This document shows positions 1-9,184 of a stretch of 64,000 nt of DNA, in pieces; positions within the stretch are counted from its first letter, which is position 1, and each line of letters begins with the position of its first letter. Under the pieces are notes generated by a model that was not told the origin of the DNA, did not search any database, and saw only the letters and a list, made by a program, of their open reading frames with translations. The stretch lies in contig JAJDDW010000010.1 of the NCBI GenBank assembly GCA_029260115.1, positions 695 through 64,694 on the forward strand, read 5' to 3'. The stretch is from Phycisphaerae bacterium (GTDB lineage Bacteria; Planctomycetota; Phycisphaerae; UBA1845). Made by a program: the position numbers and the translations under genes.

Positions 1-2
1 TG

Positions 3-83
3 GTACGCTTCGGTGAAGAACGCGAGCCTGAATCAACCGGTATCCTGGGCGAACTAGTTGCCCCTCAACCGGCAGTGGCCTAG
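3..83 (+). CDS. 3' end of an unidentified CDS (partial, runs off the window start)
   Basis: The frame is open from the window edge to TAG at 81-83 (VRFGEEREPESTGILGELVAPQPAVA*). An alternative frame stops at 55-57. No recognisable motif. Confidence 0.25.
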   Translation, partial: VRFGEEREPESTGILGELVAPQPAVA

Positions 84-283
84 TTATTTAATTTACGCGG
101 CGCGTTACGAGTCGAAAGTTTTCGTAAACACGTAACGCATTGTCGTTAGACAATACCTGCGTAAATCGTGGGTCCATTAACATCTCAGATCGACATTTAC
201 GCAGGGTAGATCAAACGCAAGCGTCTGACACACGGGATATTGTTTGCAAAGGCAAGTGTCCGGTCATGCCTTGGTTTGTTGGC

Positions 284-781
284 TTATGATGAATTAGCGC
301 TGCGAAGCGGCCATTTCCGAATCACCTCGCAGGAAACGATTGTAAATACGACGCCTGCTGCAACTAAGTGATACCAATGGAACACGAGCAAGGTCAGACA
401 CGACCCGCACATCGGCATGCCTAATTTCATTGAGCCTAGAAATAACAAGGGGAAAATTATGATAAACATCGCAAGTGCCAATCCCACCAACGCGGCGGCA
501 CCGTATACCTGTCGCATATTGGATGCCATTCTTGCTTTAGTTTCGTAATGTATCGTGATACGAAGAATGACAAACAACGACACGACACCTCCGAACAAGG
601 GAATCAAAGTGATGATAATTGAATTCACCGTTGGCACGCCAATTCGAAGCCAAGCATAAGACCCCTGTAAGAGACCAATCATGGCTAGCAATCCCAGGAG
701 CGATATATAATACAAAGGCCTTGGGATTTTCACGCCGACATCATTCAAATAGTAAAATCGATTTGACTTTTTTGTTTCCAT
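284..781 (-). CDS. Hypothetical multi-pass membrane protein (165 aa)
   Basis: The ORF has 4-5 long hydrophobic segments and an ATG start. No family recognised. Confidence 0.6.
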   Translation of the reverse strand: METKKSNRFYYLNDVGVKIPRPLYYISLLGLLAMIGLLQGSYAWLRIGVPTVNSIIITLIPLFGGVVSLFVILRITIHYETKARMASNMRQVYGAAALVGLALAMFIIIFPLLFLGSMKLGMPMCGSCLTLLVFHWYHLVAAGVVFTIVSCEVIRKWPLRSANSS

Positions 782-1079
782 GATAAAAACCGCCGAAGGC
801 CCGCGGGCCTGAGTGATCTTGTCATCTATGCTTTTTCAACCAGCAGCCCCAGTCGCACACATGTGTCTACGCTGTACAGTATTACGGTGTTTCTATAAGA
901 AGAGGATAAATTTTTATAATTTATATCTATATCAGCACTTAATTGGGATGCGAATCTCTTTCAAATGCAATCTGATCGAGGCGGAGGGGAGGCTGCACCC
1001 TCCGATGTCAGCATCTAGGCATTTCCCCAGCGGCGGCGTCTAAATGCACCAAAGTGAGGAGTTACGAATATGCAAAGTC

Positions 1080-2276
1080 TCAATCACCTTCCGTTTGTGC
1101 CGCAGTATCATCCATGTCGGCGACGCGGGTTAATTCTTGCTTGACAATGAATCGATGAAAGCTGTCCAGTGCGTTGGGATCGAGTTTCGCTTTCTCTCGT
1201 AGCTCATTTACCAGCTCCATCAAAGCGCGGTTGTTGCTTTCGCGAACAATCTGGGCGGTAAGCTCTACTTGGACATCGGCAAATGAGGGGGTGTAGCCAG
1301 GGTCAATTTCATCGCAGCGTACCAACAGAAAGCCATCCGACACATCTATCTCCGGGCTGACGTCTCCTTGACTTAGGTTATACAAGGCAACGACCGCAGG
1401 CTCATACCGTTCACGCACGCTACCCGGCGTCACCCATTCCCACGCGCCCCCGTCCACGGCATGCAGGCCATGCGATTGCGCCTTGGCGATTTCGGCGAAC
1501 GATGCGCCACTGGCTAAGTCCGCCTTGATTTTACGAATCACTTCGTGGGCCTTGGCCTTGGCACTGTCGTACGCATCGCGCGATGGGGTATCAACGCCTT
1601 CGGGCAAGTAATGCTGGACGCGGATGTCGATGAGTGACATGCGTCTGCGCGGAGGACGTTGAAGTTCATGCTGCGAGGCCTGATACGTTTGCCAAAGTTC
1701 GGCGCGCGTAGGCTCTGTCGTACTCGTCTTGATATTTGTATCGATAAAGCTGGAAATAACAATCTGCCGACGGATATGTTTTCGCACGCTTTCAAGCGTT
1801 TCGCCGTCCGCAGCTAACTGTCGCTCGTACACCCGCTGGCTGCCACCATGTGACAAGGTCACAATCTTACGGACCTCCGCATCCACATATCGATCAATTT
1901 GCTCACCCGCTTTTTCCGGCAATTTATCAGAAGCATGTTCAAAAAGTAATGTCTCAGAAATAGCGTCGTTTAACCATTGCGCGGCCCGACGCTGCACAAA
2001 AGTAGCGTAGGCTTGCGGGGTTGCGGTCGATCGTTTCTGGGCAAGCGCCTTCGCGTTATCACGCGCAAACTGATCGGCATGGATGCGCGTATCGCCAATG
2101 ATGAACGAATCCGCACTATCTCGCGCACGATCAGCAGCCACGCGGCGCTGCGCCCTTTCATTTTTCATATCCGCAGTGCGCGTTACGGATTTTTTTTTGG
2201 CTCCAACGCCTACAGATGAGCAGCCACAAGCGAATAGGCACAACAGAATGGCAAAATTAAACTTAAGCGACTTCAT
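1080..2276 (-). CDS. Parvulin-type peptidyl-prolyl isomerase, SurA/PrsA-like lipoprotein
   Basis: Lipoprotein signal (LLCLFACGCSS). The C-terminal PpiC-like block (SFAEIAKAQSHG...GGAWEWVTPG...GFLLVRCDEI) is typical of parvulin PPIases. The start overlaps the mfd stop by 14 nt. Confidence 0.8.
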   Translation of the reverse strand: MKSLKFNFAILLCLFACGCSSVGVGAKKKSVTRTADMKNERAQRRVAADRARDSADSFIIGDTRIHADQFARDNAKALAQKRSTATPQAYATFVQRRAAQWLNDAISETLLFEHASDKLPEKAGEQIDRYVDAEVRKIVTLSHGGSQRVYERQLAADGETLESVRKHIRRQIVISSFIDTNIKTSTTEPTRAELWQTYQASQHELQRPPRRRMSLIDIRVQHYLPEGVDTPSRDAYDSAKAKAHEVIRKIKADLASGASFAEIAKAQSHGLHAVDGGAWEWVTPGSVRERYEPAVVALYNLSQGDVSPEIDVSDGFLLVRCDEIDPGYTPSFADVQVELTAQIVRESNNRALMELVNELREKAKLDPNALDSFHRFIVKQELTRVADMDDTAAQTEGD

Positions 2277-5200
2277 GTTGTGCTCCTATTCGGTCAACAC
2301 CACGCGACAGCATACGCCGCAAAATGGCTAATAAAGTGTCCTGGTCCTCAAGATAGTTTGGCGGCGGCCGAAGGTGGATAGTCTGACCATCAGCCATGCG
2401 CACACTTCCAGGCGCGTCTACAAAAATAGGTTCCGCCTGTGCTGCCTGCTCGACTGTAAAGACAATATCCGGACGGTGCAAGCTGATCGACTTAATGCCG
2501 AAGCGCCGGCCTAGCACTCTCGCTTCCGCTAATTGAATCAAACGAGACACGGGTTTGGGGATTGGGCCAAACGCATCCAAAAGGTCTTTCTCAATCTGCT
2601 CTAAGTCCAGAAGCGTAACACCGCCTACCACGCGGCGGTAAATTTCGATGCGCGATCGCTCGGCCTGGACGTATCGCGGCGGGATGTGGGCGTCGATGTC
2701 CAGGTCAATATGCAGCGGTGGGGGTGTTGGGTCTGGCTCGTTTTTCTTCTTGCGCACAGCCTTTTCAAGCAATCGGCAATACATATCATATCCAACCGCC
2801 GCAATGTGACCGCTTTGTTCTCCACCGAGGATATTACCCGCGCCACGAATTTCAAGATCACGCATGGCGATACGAAAACCAGCGCCGAGTTCACTGAATT
2901 CTTCAATGGTCTTGAGTCGCTTAACCGCCTTTACGGTCGGTGGCCGATCTGGGGAAATTAACAGATAGCAATAAGCCCGATGATCCGACCGCCCGACACG
3001 GCCACGCAATTGATGAAGATCAGCCAGGCCAATGCGGTCGGCCTGATTGATGAAAATGGTATTCGCGGTGGGAATATCGATGCCGCTTTCGATAATGGTT
3101 GTTGCGACTAGCACATCGGCTTCGCGGCGCACAAATTTGTGCATGACCGCTTCCAGCTCGCCGGTTTTCATCTGACCATGGCCAAAGACAATTCTGGCTT
3201 CAGGGACGATCGAGGCAATGGTGTCAGCCATGGTGGCGATGCTACGCACGAAGTTGTGAATGAAATATACTTGGCCGTCACGATTCATTTCTCGCAGGAT
3301 CGCATCGCGGATTAATTGCCGTTCAAAGGCCCGAACTTCGGTCCCAATGGCCCGACGATCAACCGGCGGAGTTTGCAAAGAGCTAATATCCCGTAAGCCC
3401 ATCATGGACATATGCAGGGTGCGGGGGATTGGCGTAGCAGTGAGTGTGAGAATGTCTACCGTATGTCGCAACGCTTTCAGACGCTCTTTATGGGCCACGC
3501 CAAACCGCTGTTCTTCGTCGATGACAACCAGGCCTAGGTCTTTGAACGAAATGTCTTTGCTTACAAGACGGTGCGTGCCAACAACAAGATCTACCTGCCC
3601 GCGTTTGATACGTTCGACGATTTGCTTTTGCTCTTTGCCAGTTCTAAATCGTGATAGGCATTCGATGGCAAAGGGATAATCGGCAAAGCGCTCCTTAAAA
3701 GTTTTGAAATGTTGCTCCGCGAGCACGGTGGTCGGCACTAGCACGGCGACTTGTTTGCCATACTCGATAACCTTAAACGCCGCCCGCATAGCCAGCTCAG
3801 TTTTACCATATCCCACATCGCCGCAAAGCAGGCGGTCCATGGGACGATGACGGACTAGGTCGTTTCGTATTTCCTCAGATACTGAAAGTTGATCCTCGGT
3901 TTCTTCGTAAGTAAAGGCCGCTTCAAACTCACGCTGCCATGTGGTGTCCCTCGGATAAGCTACCCCATTCGAATCAGCACGAGCAGCCTGCACCTGCAGC
4001 AAACTCTCAGCCATGTCAGCCACGGAGTCTGCCGCTTGGTCCTTCATCTTCTGCCAGCGACGCCCGCCAAGTGTGGATAGGGTGGGCCGACGTCCGGCGA
4101 CGCCAATGTACTTTTGCACCAAATCGACCTGCGAGGTCGGCACATGGACGATAGCGCTGTCGGCAAATTCAAGCGTGAGAAATTCTTCGTGACAGCCTTC
4201 TTTGTTGCGCTGAAGTTTAGTCAGTCCTTGATAGATGGCTATACCATGCACGACGTGAACAACGTAATCACCCTTGCTGAGTTCGGTCCATGATTCTAGC
4301 GGCACGACGTGTCGATCTTTGCGAATGCGGCGGCGCTGTCGGTGTCGATGAAAAAGTTCGTGATGACCCACGACAATCGTATTGGTCGCGGACCAGTGGA
4401 AGCCTTTTTGCATTACGCCAATGTGTACGTTGACCTGAGACGATTTCACGCCGAGCGTATCAAAGATCATCTCCTGCAGGCGGGAACGCTCACCATCATT
4501 GTCGCATATAACGTGTACGCAGTGGTCATGGCTAAGCCGGCAAAGCTCCGCGACCGCTTGGGCTGAGTCCGATTCAAAACGGGTGAGCGATTTTACGTGA
4601 AACGCAAATTTGGTTTCATCATCAGATTGGCCACTTTGAAAACGACTGAGGTGAAGTTGTGGACGGGTCGAGAGGTCAGCCAAAATATCTGTAACCGGAA
4701 AAAGCTGACCTGCATCTCCGAGTCGATCTTTGAGCGTTTCTCCCATTTCCTGTATGTCTATAGGGTCGTCGAGAATGAAAAGCGTATCTTTAGGGAGATA
4801 TGTCAGCAGGGAAGTTTGCGATTCTGCTTCTTGAGGGTCTGGCTTATATACCCCGCATACGGCATACGATTTGAGCGTTTCGAAAGATCTTTGCGTGCTC
4901 ACGTCGAACTTGCGGATGGATTCCAGCTCGTCACCAAAATATTCGATACGCACCGGCTGGGTGTCTCCGGGCGAAAAAATATCTACAATATCACCGCGGC
5001 GGGCGACGTCTCCCGGAGATTCGACCAGATCGAGTCTTTCAAAGCCATGGTCAATAGCCCACGCGATCAGTGTCTCAGGCGAGGGCGATGAATTCTTTTT
5101 CTTTGTAGACGCCTGACCGATCATTAGCGTGCAGTCGGCTAGTTTAGCACGAGTTGGCACAGGTTGCATCAAGGCCTGGATAGGGGCGACGATGATGGGG

Positions 5201-5568
5201 CTTTGATATGCTTTCTTATTTGATGATCGTTCGTTAGCCCGCTGCAAGGTGCTGCAAAGGGCCAACCTTTCGGCATTAATTTCCCCACTCGCTGTTCCTT
5301 CGCCTGGCAATGTTTCCCAGGGAGGAAAAAAACTACACGCTCGTCCTAGGAATAGTTCGAGGTCTTCCCGCGCGCCGTCGGCGGCTTCCAAGTGAGCTGT
5401 GACATACATTACGGGCGATTGTAACTGTTTGGCAGTATAGGCCGAGACTAAAAGCGCAGACGATCCCCACAGTCCGGAAACCTGCACCACCTCGTGAGAG
5501 GGGTTGGCCAGCGTCCGAGCTAAAGTGCTCAATTGAGCATCCTCGGCGATAGTGGGGATCACCAACAC
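2263..5568 (-). CDS. mfd: Transcription-repair coupling factor Mfd
   Basis: 1101 aa. Superfamily-2 helicase motifs (LLCGDVGYGKTE, DEEQRFGV, TATPIPRTL), a CarD-like region (GDYVVHVVHGIA) and a TRCF C-terminal domain. GTG start. Confidence 0.95.
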   Translation of the reverse strand: MLVIPTIAEDAQLSTLARTLANPSHEVVQVSGLWGSSALLVSAYTAKQLQSPVMYVTAHLEAADGAREDLELFLGRACSFFPPWETLPGEGTASGEINAERLALCSTLQRANERSSNKKAYQSPIIVAPIQALMQPVPTRAKLADCTLMIGQASTKKKNSSPSPETLIAWAIDHGFERLDLVESPGDVARRGDIVDIFSPGDTQPVRIEYFGDELESIRKFDVSTQRSFETLKSYAVCGVYKPDPQEAESQTSLLTYLPKDTLFILDDPIDIQEMGETLKDRLGDAGQLFPVTDILADLSTRPQLHLSRFQSGQSDDETKFAFHVKSLTRFESDSAQAVAELCRLSHDHCVHVICDNDGERSRLQEMIFDTLGVKSSQVNVHIGVMQKGFHWSATNTIVVGHHELFHRHRQRRRIRKDRHVVPLESWTELSKGDYVVHVVHGIAIYQGLTKLQRNKEGCHEEFLTLEFADSAIVHVPTSQVDLVQKYIGVAGRRPTLSTLGGRRWQKMKDQAADSVADMAESLLQVQAARADSNGVAYPRDTTWQREFEAAFTYEETEDQLSVSEEIRNDLVRHRPMDRLLCGDVGYGKTELAMRAAFKVIEYGKQVAVLVPTTVLAEQHFKTFKERFADYPFAIECLSRFRTGKEQKQIVERIKRGQVDLVVGTHRLVSKDISFKDLGLVVIDEEQRFGVAHKERLKALRHTVDILTLTATPIPRTLHMSMMGLRDISSLQTPPVDRRAIGTEVRAFERQLIRDAILREMNRDGQVYFIHNFVRSIATMADTIASIVPEARIVFGHGQMKTGELEAVMHKFVRREADVLVATTIIESGIDIPTANTIFINQADRIGLADLHQLRGRVGRSDHRAYCYLLISPDRPPTVKAVKRLKTIEEFSELGAGFRIAMRDLEIRGAGNILGGEQSGHIAAVGYDMYCRLLEKAVRKKKNEPDPTPPPLHIDLDIDAHIPPRYVQAERSRIEIYRRVVGGVTLLDLEQIEKDLLDAFGPIPKPVSRLIQLAEARVLGRRFGIKSISLHRPDIVFTVEQAAQAEPIFVDAPGSVRMADGQTIHLRPPPNYLEDQDTLLAILRRMLSRGVDRIGAQHEVA

Positions 5569-5778
5569 CGTAATTCCATGTTAAGATTAAGGTCAGATAA
5601 TTGCAAAAAACGACTCGGACTGGACCTTGTGACCATACCCGACAACATTCGACAGGTATTCAGTGGTTTGTAAAGCCGATCGTTACTATGCTGCTACAGT
5701 AGGTTAAGTCGTTACACTACCCGCTCTCTAAAATATAGAATGAGAGACCTAGTCGCGATGGCCAACATGAGGATGTAA

Positions 5779-7734
5779 ATGTTAGCGAGAAACCGTAAAC
5801 TTTTAGCCATTATCTTTCTGTGTCCGCCGGGCATCTGCTTCGCTGGGCAGCCTAGTCCTTTACCTCCACAATTTACACTCTCCCGTTACATCCCTGCCGA
5901 TTTTTGGTTTGTAGCTAATTCGGTACCAAACCCCAAAAGCGAATGGATTCGCAACCAGTGGTTGCGCGTGGCTGATGCACTGGCAGCAAGTGGTATTGGC
6001 AATGACATCATATCCATAGTTTCAACTTTGACCGGGTGGGAGGAGACCGGAGAGGACGGGTTAGGTCCAGAGCAGCTGTTAAAGTTATTACGCGGTGTGC
6101 AATGGTGCGATATGTTGAACGGCGAAATCGCGGTCGCGGAGCGCATGCGCCGTGGATCACTGAATTATGAATATGTAATGTTGGCCAAGTCTTCCCCTGA
6201 TGAAGCGCGGAAAAATATGGCTGCCTTAGTCAAGATATTTCAAGCATTATCAGAAACGCGGGACGAGCTGCGCGTTACCCATAAGCAACAACGCGGCATC
6301 GACCAGTGGCTACTCCGCGCCGCTCAGCCAGCCCACTATGGCGAAGGGGATTTCAAACTAACGCTCATTAAAAAAGACGATATCGTTGGATTAATACTCG
6401 GCTCACAGGCGAGAAAAGAAGTATTGTCTCTCATTGCTGATAAGCCCGGTGCCCGGTCAATCTTACAATCGCCTCGTTTTATTGAAGCGTTTTCACAAGT
6501 TGACGCCCCTGAAGATAGCTACACATTTTTCGATGCCCGCATGTTGATCGATGATATCCGCATTGCTGCCATGAAGCGTATTAAGCAAGAGGGGAAATCT
6601 GAGAACGAATCACCGGCTATTCCAATTGTTAAAGCAGCGCTAAAACTGGTTGATATATACGACTATATGCTAACGTCCACACGCACCGAAGGCATGCAAC
6701 AGCACGTTCAAATGGTCACCCGCATTCAGCCAGATAAAAAACGTGCGCCTCTTGCTCGCATGATCTACGATCAACGCCCTATTAAACAATTTGATCGGTA
6801 TATCCCCGCTGACGTTTTATCATTTAGCATAGGCAGCCATGTAGATGTGAGTAGAGGATACCATCTTATTCGCCATTTTGTAGCAGAGCATGTGCCCGAC
6901 GGGGTTGGCAAGTTGTCGAAATTCGATGATATGCTTGAGACCATGGGATTCAACTTTGATCGCGACATCCTCAGCTGGCTCAGCGGCGAAACGATGAACG
7001 TCACGCTCCCCGCCTCTGCACCGACACCTATGTCACAGTACGACAACGTTTTGTTCATACGCGTGAAAGATCCAGAAGTCGCTTATGAAAAAGTTAATGA
7101 AGCATTGACTTTTGCCACCAATAAATTGCGAGAGATCGGTCAGCCCGTCTTTGTCCGTCAGGTTGACACGCCGAATGGTCAATGTTGCGAAGTCGTACAT
7201 CCGCTACTGGCTATGATCGGTCGTCCCGTGATTGGTGTTGCGGATAATTGGCTGTATATCAGCAACTCAGTCGACAGCGTTAATCGGTGCATGGCTGTGT
7301 CGCGTGGCGAAGCGCCTTCGGTATTGAAAAATAAACGATTCATTGACGAAGGGATTATACCTCCCGGCCCGGTACGATCGATTTCCTTTACAGATCGACG
7401 CCATTTTGGCCTGGAATTGGCCCGACAAGTGGCTGCGATCAACCAGCTTGGCGCAGTGATTCCATCACTACTACTAAAACAACACGAGCAATCGCCGGCC
7501 GACGATCTCCAGAAAAAAATCCAACATGTGCAACTTGTGACCCACCTAATGGGGGCAATGAGCAAATTACCGTTAGTGCTAAAGCAAATTAATTTCTACA
7601 GTTCGGAATCAAGCTACTGCACCTTTGATGGGCAATATTCTCGATCGCAGGGGCTAATCACCTATCGCAACCCCGTAGAAGAACTGTCAGACGAGCCATC
7701 GGCGGTGAACGTCGAAGTCGTCGTCACCCCGTAA
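5779..7734 (+). CDS. Hypothetical secreted protein (651 aa)
   Basis: Long ORF with an N-terminal signal-like segment (LLAIIFLCPPGICFAG). No catalytic motif recognised. Confidence 0.75.
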   Translation: MLARNRKLLAIIFLCPPGICFAGQPSPLPPQFTLSRYIPADFWFVANSVPNPKSEWIRNQWLRVADALAASGIGNDIISIVSTLTGWEETGEDGLGPEQLLKLLRGVQWCDMLNGEIAVAERMRRGSLNYEYVMLAKSSPDEARKNMAALVKIFQALSETRDELRVTHKQQRGIDQWLLRAAQPAHYGEGDFKLTLIKKDDIVGLILGSQARKEVLSLIADKPGARSILQSPRFIEAFSQVDAPEDSYTFFDARMLIDDIRIAAMKRIKQEGKSENESPAIPIVKAALKLVDIYDYMLTSTRTEGMQQHVQMVTRIQPDKKRAPLARMIYDQRPIKQFDRYIPADVLSFSIGSHVDVSRGYHLIRHFVAEHVPDGVGKLSKFDDMLETMGFNFDRDILSWLSGETMNVTLPASAPTPMSQYDNVLFIRVKDPEVAYEKVNEALTFATNKLREIGQPVFVRQVDTPNGQCCEVVHPLLAMIGRPVIGVADNWLYISNSVDSVNRCMAVSRGEAPSVLKNKRFIDEGIIPPGPVRSISFTDRRHFGLELARQVAAINQLGAVIPSLLLKQHEQSPADDLQKKIQHVQLVTHLMGAMSKLPLVLKQINFYSSESSYCTFDGQYSRSQGLITYRNPVEELSDEPSAVNVEVVVTP

Positions 7735-7743
7735 TCTTCACAT

Positions 7744-8943
7744 CTATTTCTGCGTGATTTTTACGGTTAATTCGTCGCGTATCGATTTCACACTCAAGTG
7801 TCCATGCCCAGCTAGTAAATCACCCACCACGCATCCCACAGTCTGGCCACGCCAGCCATCTAAGAGTTCAGGCTTGCTGCTTTCTTGGGTTGCATCACCG
7901 TTTCGTAACTGGACGAGCTGTCGAATCGTTTTTTGGGTAGCGACAAGCCCATAGGCTAATCCGTGTTCAAGGCAGTAACTCCGAATAGCGGCCTGTGTAA
8001 GCGCTACGATCGCCGCCTCTTTCGGTGTTTCCAGCTCACGATGAGGCCTATTTTGCTGCTTGGGAGGCGTTTTTTGCAGAGCTATCGCTACAATTTCAGC
8101 CACATCTTTGACGTCGCGCCGGCTAAGGTTATTGCCCCGAAGTTCAGATATTTCGGTAGGGTTTGATAATTGATGTTTTGCAATTTCAACCAACAGATGG
8201 TCTCGCAACACGGTTCGGGCAGGCCGATTCACCCTTTTAGCAAAGGCATCCCGCCACGCACTCAAATCGTGCAACACCACCAGCGAATGCCCGCGTAGCG
8301 ATCCGCCACCCTTGATTTTTGAGAATTTTTGCTCGTCGTTTTTTTGATAGGTGTTCATATCAACGAATTTGGAAAACTCTTCCTCGGCCCAGCTCAATCG
8401 TTTATTTTTTTTTAAATAGGCGTGTAGCTTTGCATGGACACCCAAAAGATGATTCACATCTTCCGCGCCATAATGAATCTGAGCCTCAGCCAACGGTCGA
8501 CGTCGCCAATCGGTCAGCGTTTTCGATTTATTGAGTTTCACGCCAAGAACTGAATGAACCAATCGTAACAAGCTCAATGGATAGTCGAGATCGCACAAGC
8601 CAGCCGCAATTTGTGTGTCGAATACTGCGGCGGGGGGCTGGCCAAGATGCTGCGCACACAGGGCCATGTCCTCATACCCGGCGTGAACGACGGTTGTGAT
8701 ATCTTTATCCGCTACAATTTCCCATACTTCGGTGACGTCGAGGTCCGCAAGCGGGTCCACAATAAACACCGCATCGGCAATGGCTATTTGAATAAGGCAG
8801 ACCTCGGGCATGTACCGATCTTCCATGACGAATTCGGTATCAAAACCTATAATACCAGAATCACGGCATTGCATACAGGCTTCGCTTAGCTGCTTAGCCT
8901 TTGTGATAAGGATAGGAGATGGCTTAGAATTAGTCGCGGCCAA
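7744..8943 (-). CDS. rnd: Ribonuclease D (DEDDy 3'-5' exonuclease with HRDC region)
   Basis: Exo motifs are present: GFDTEF, VVHAGYEDMA and HYGAEDVNHL. Length and C-terminal helical domains fit RNase D. Confidence 0.85.
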   Translation of the reverse strand: MAATNSKPSPILITKAKQLSEACMQCRDSGIIGFDTEFVMEDRYMPEVCLIQIAIADAVFIVDPLADLDVTEVWEIVADKDITTVVHAGYEDMALCAQHLGQPPAAVFDTQIAAGLCDLDYPLSLLRLVHSVLGVKLNKSKTLTDWRRRPLAEAQIHYGAEDVNHLLGVHAKLHAYLKKNKRLSWAEEEFSKFVDMNTYQKNDEQKFSKIKGGGSLRGHSLVVLHDLSAWRDAFAKRVNRPARTVLRDHLLVEIAKHQLSNPTEISELRGNNLSRRDVKDVAEIVAIALQKTPPKQQNRPHRELETPKEAAIVALTQAAIRSYCLEHGLAYGLVATQKTIRQLVQLRNGDATQESSKPELLDGWRGQTVGCVVGDLLAGHGHLSVKSIRDELTVKITQK

Positions 8944-9184
8944 TAGGCGTCTCTCGATTGTCCTACAGACAAATTTGTTATGGGAGGCTCCAGTCGCTAC
9001 GTGCGGACCAGCCCGCTCTGAGGCGTCGATATTTTAGCATCTCTCACCCACTCTGCCCAGCACCAAAAAGGACTCAGAGAATTGGCTCGTAAACATTGAG
9101 TAAACTGCGATTTCGCTTAAAATACTCCCTTGTATATATCGCGAATTCAGGACGAGTTCGCCAATTAGGCTGTAAGGACTATCC

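Noticed and set aside
813-1043. 76 aa plus-strand ORF in the PPIase / membrane-protein intergenic region
   Set aside because: It starts with a non-canonical-looking context, has no RBS, and is a Cys/Arg-rich odd sequence. It spans an AT-rich promoter-like block, so the region is better explained as the leader/promoter of the minus-strand gene.
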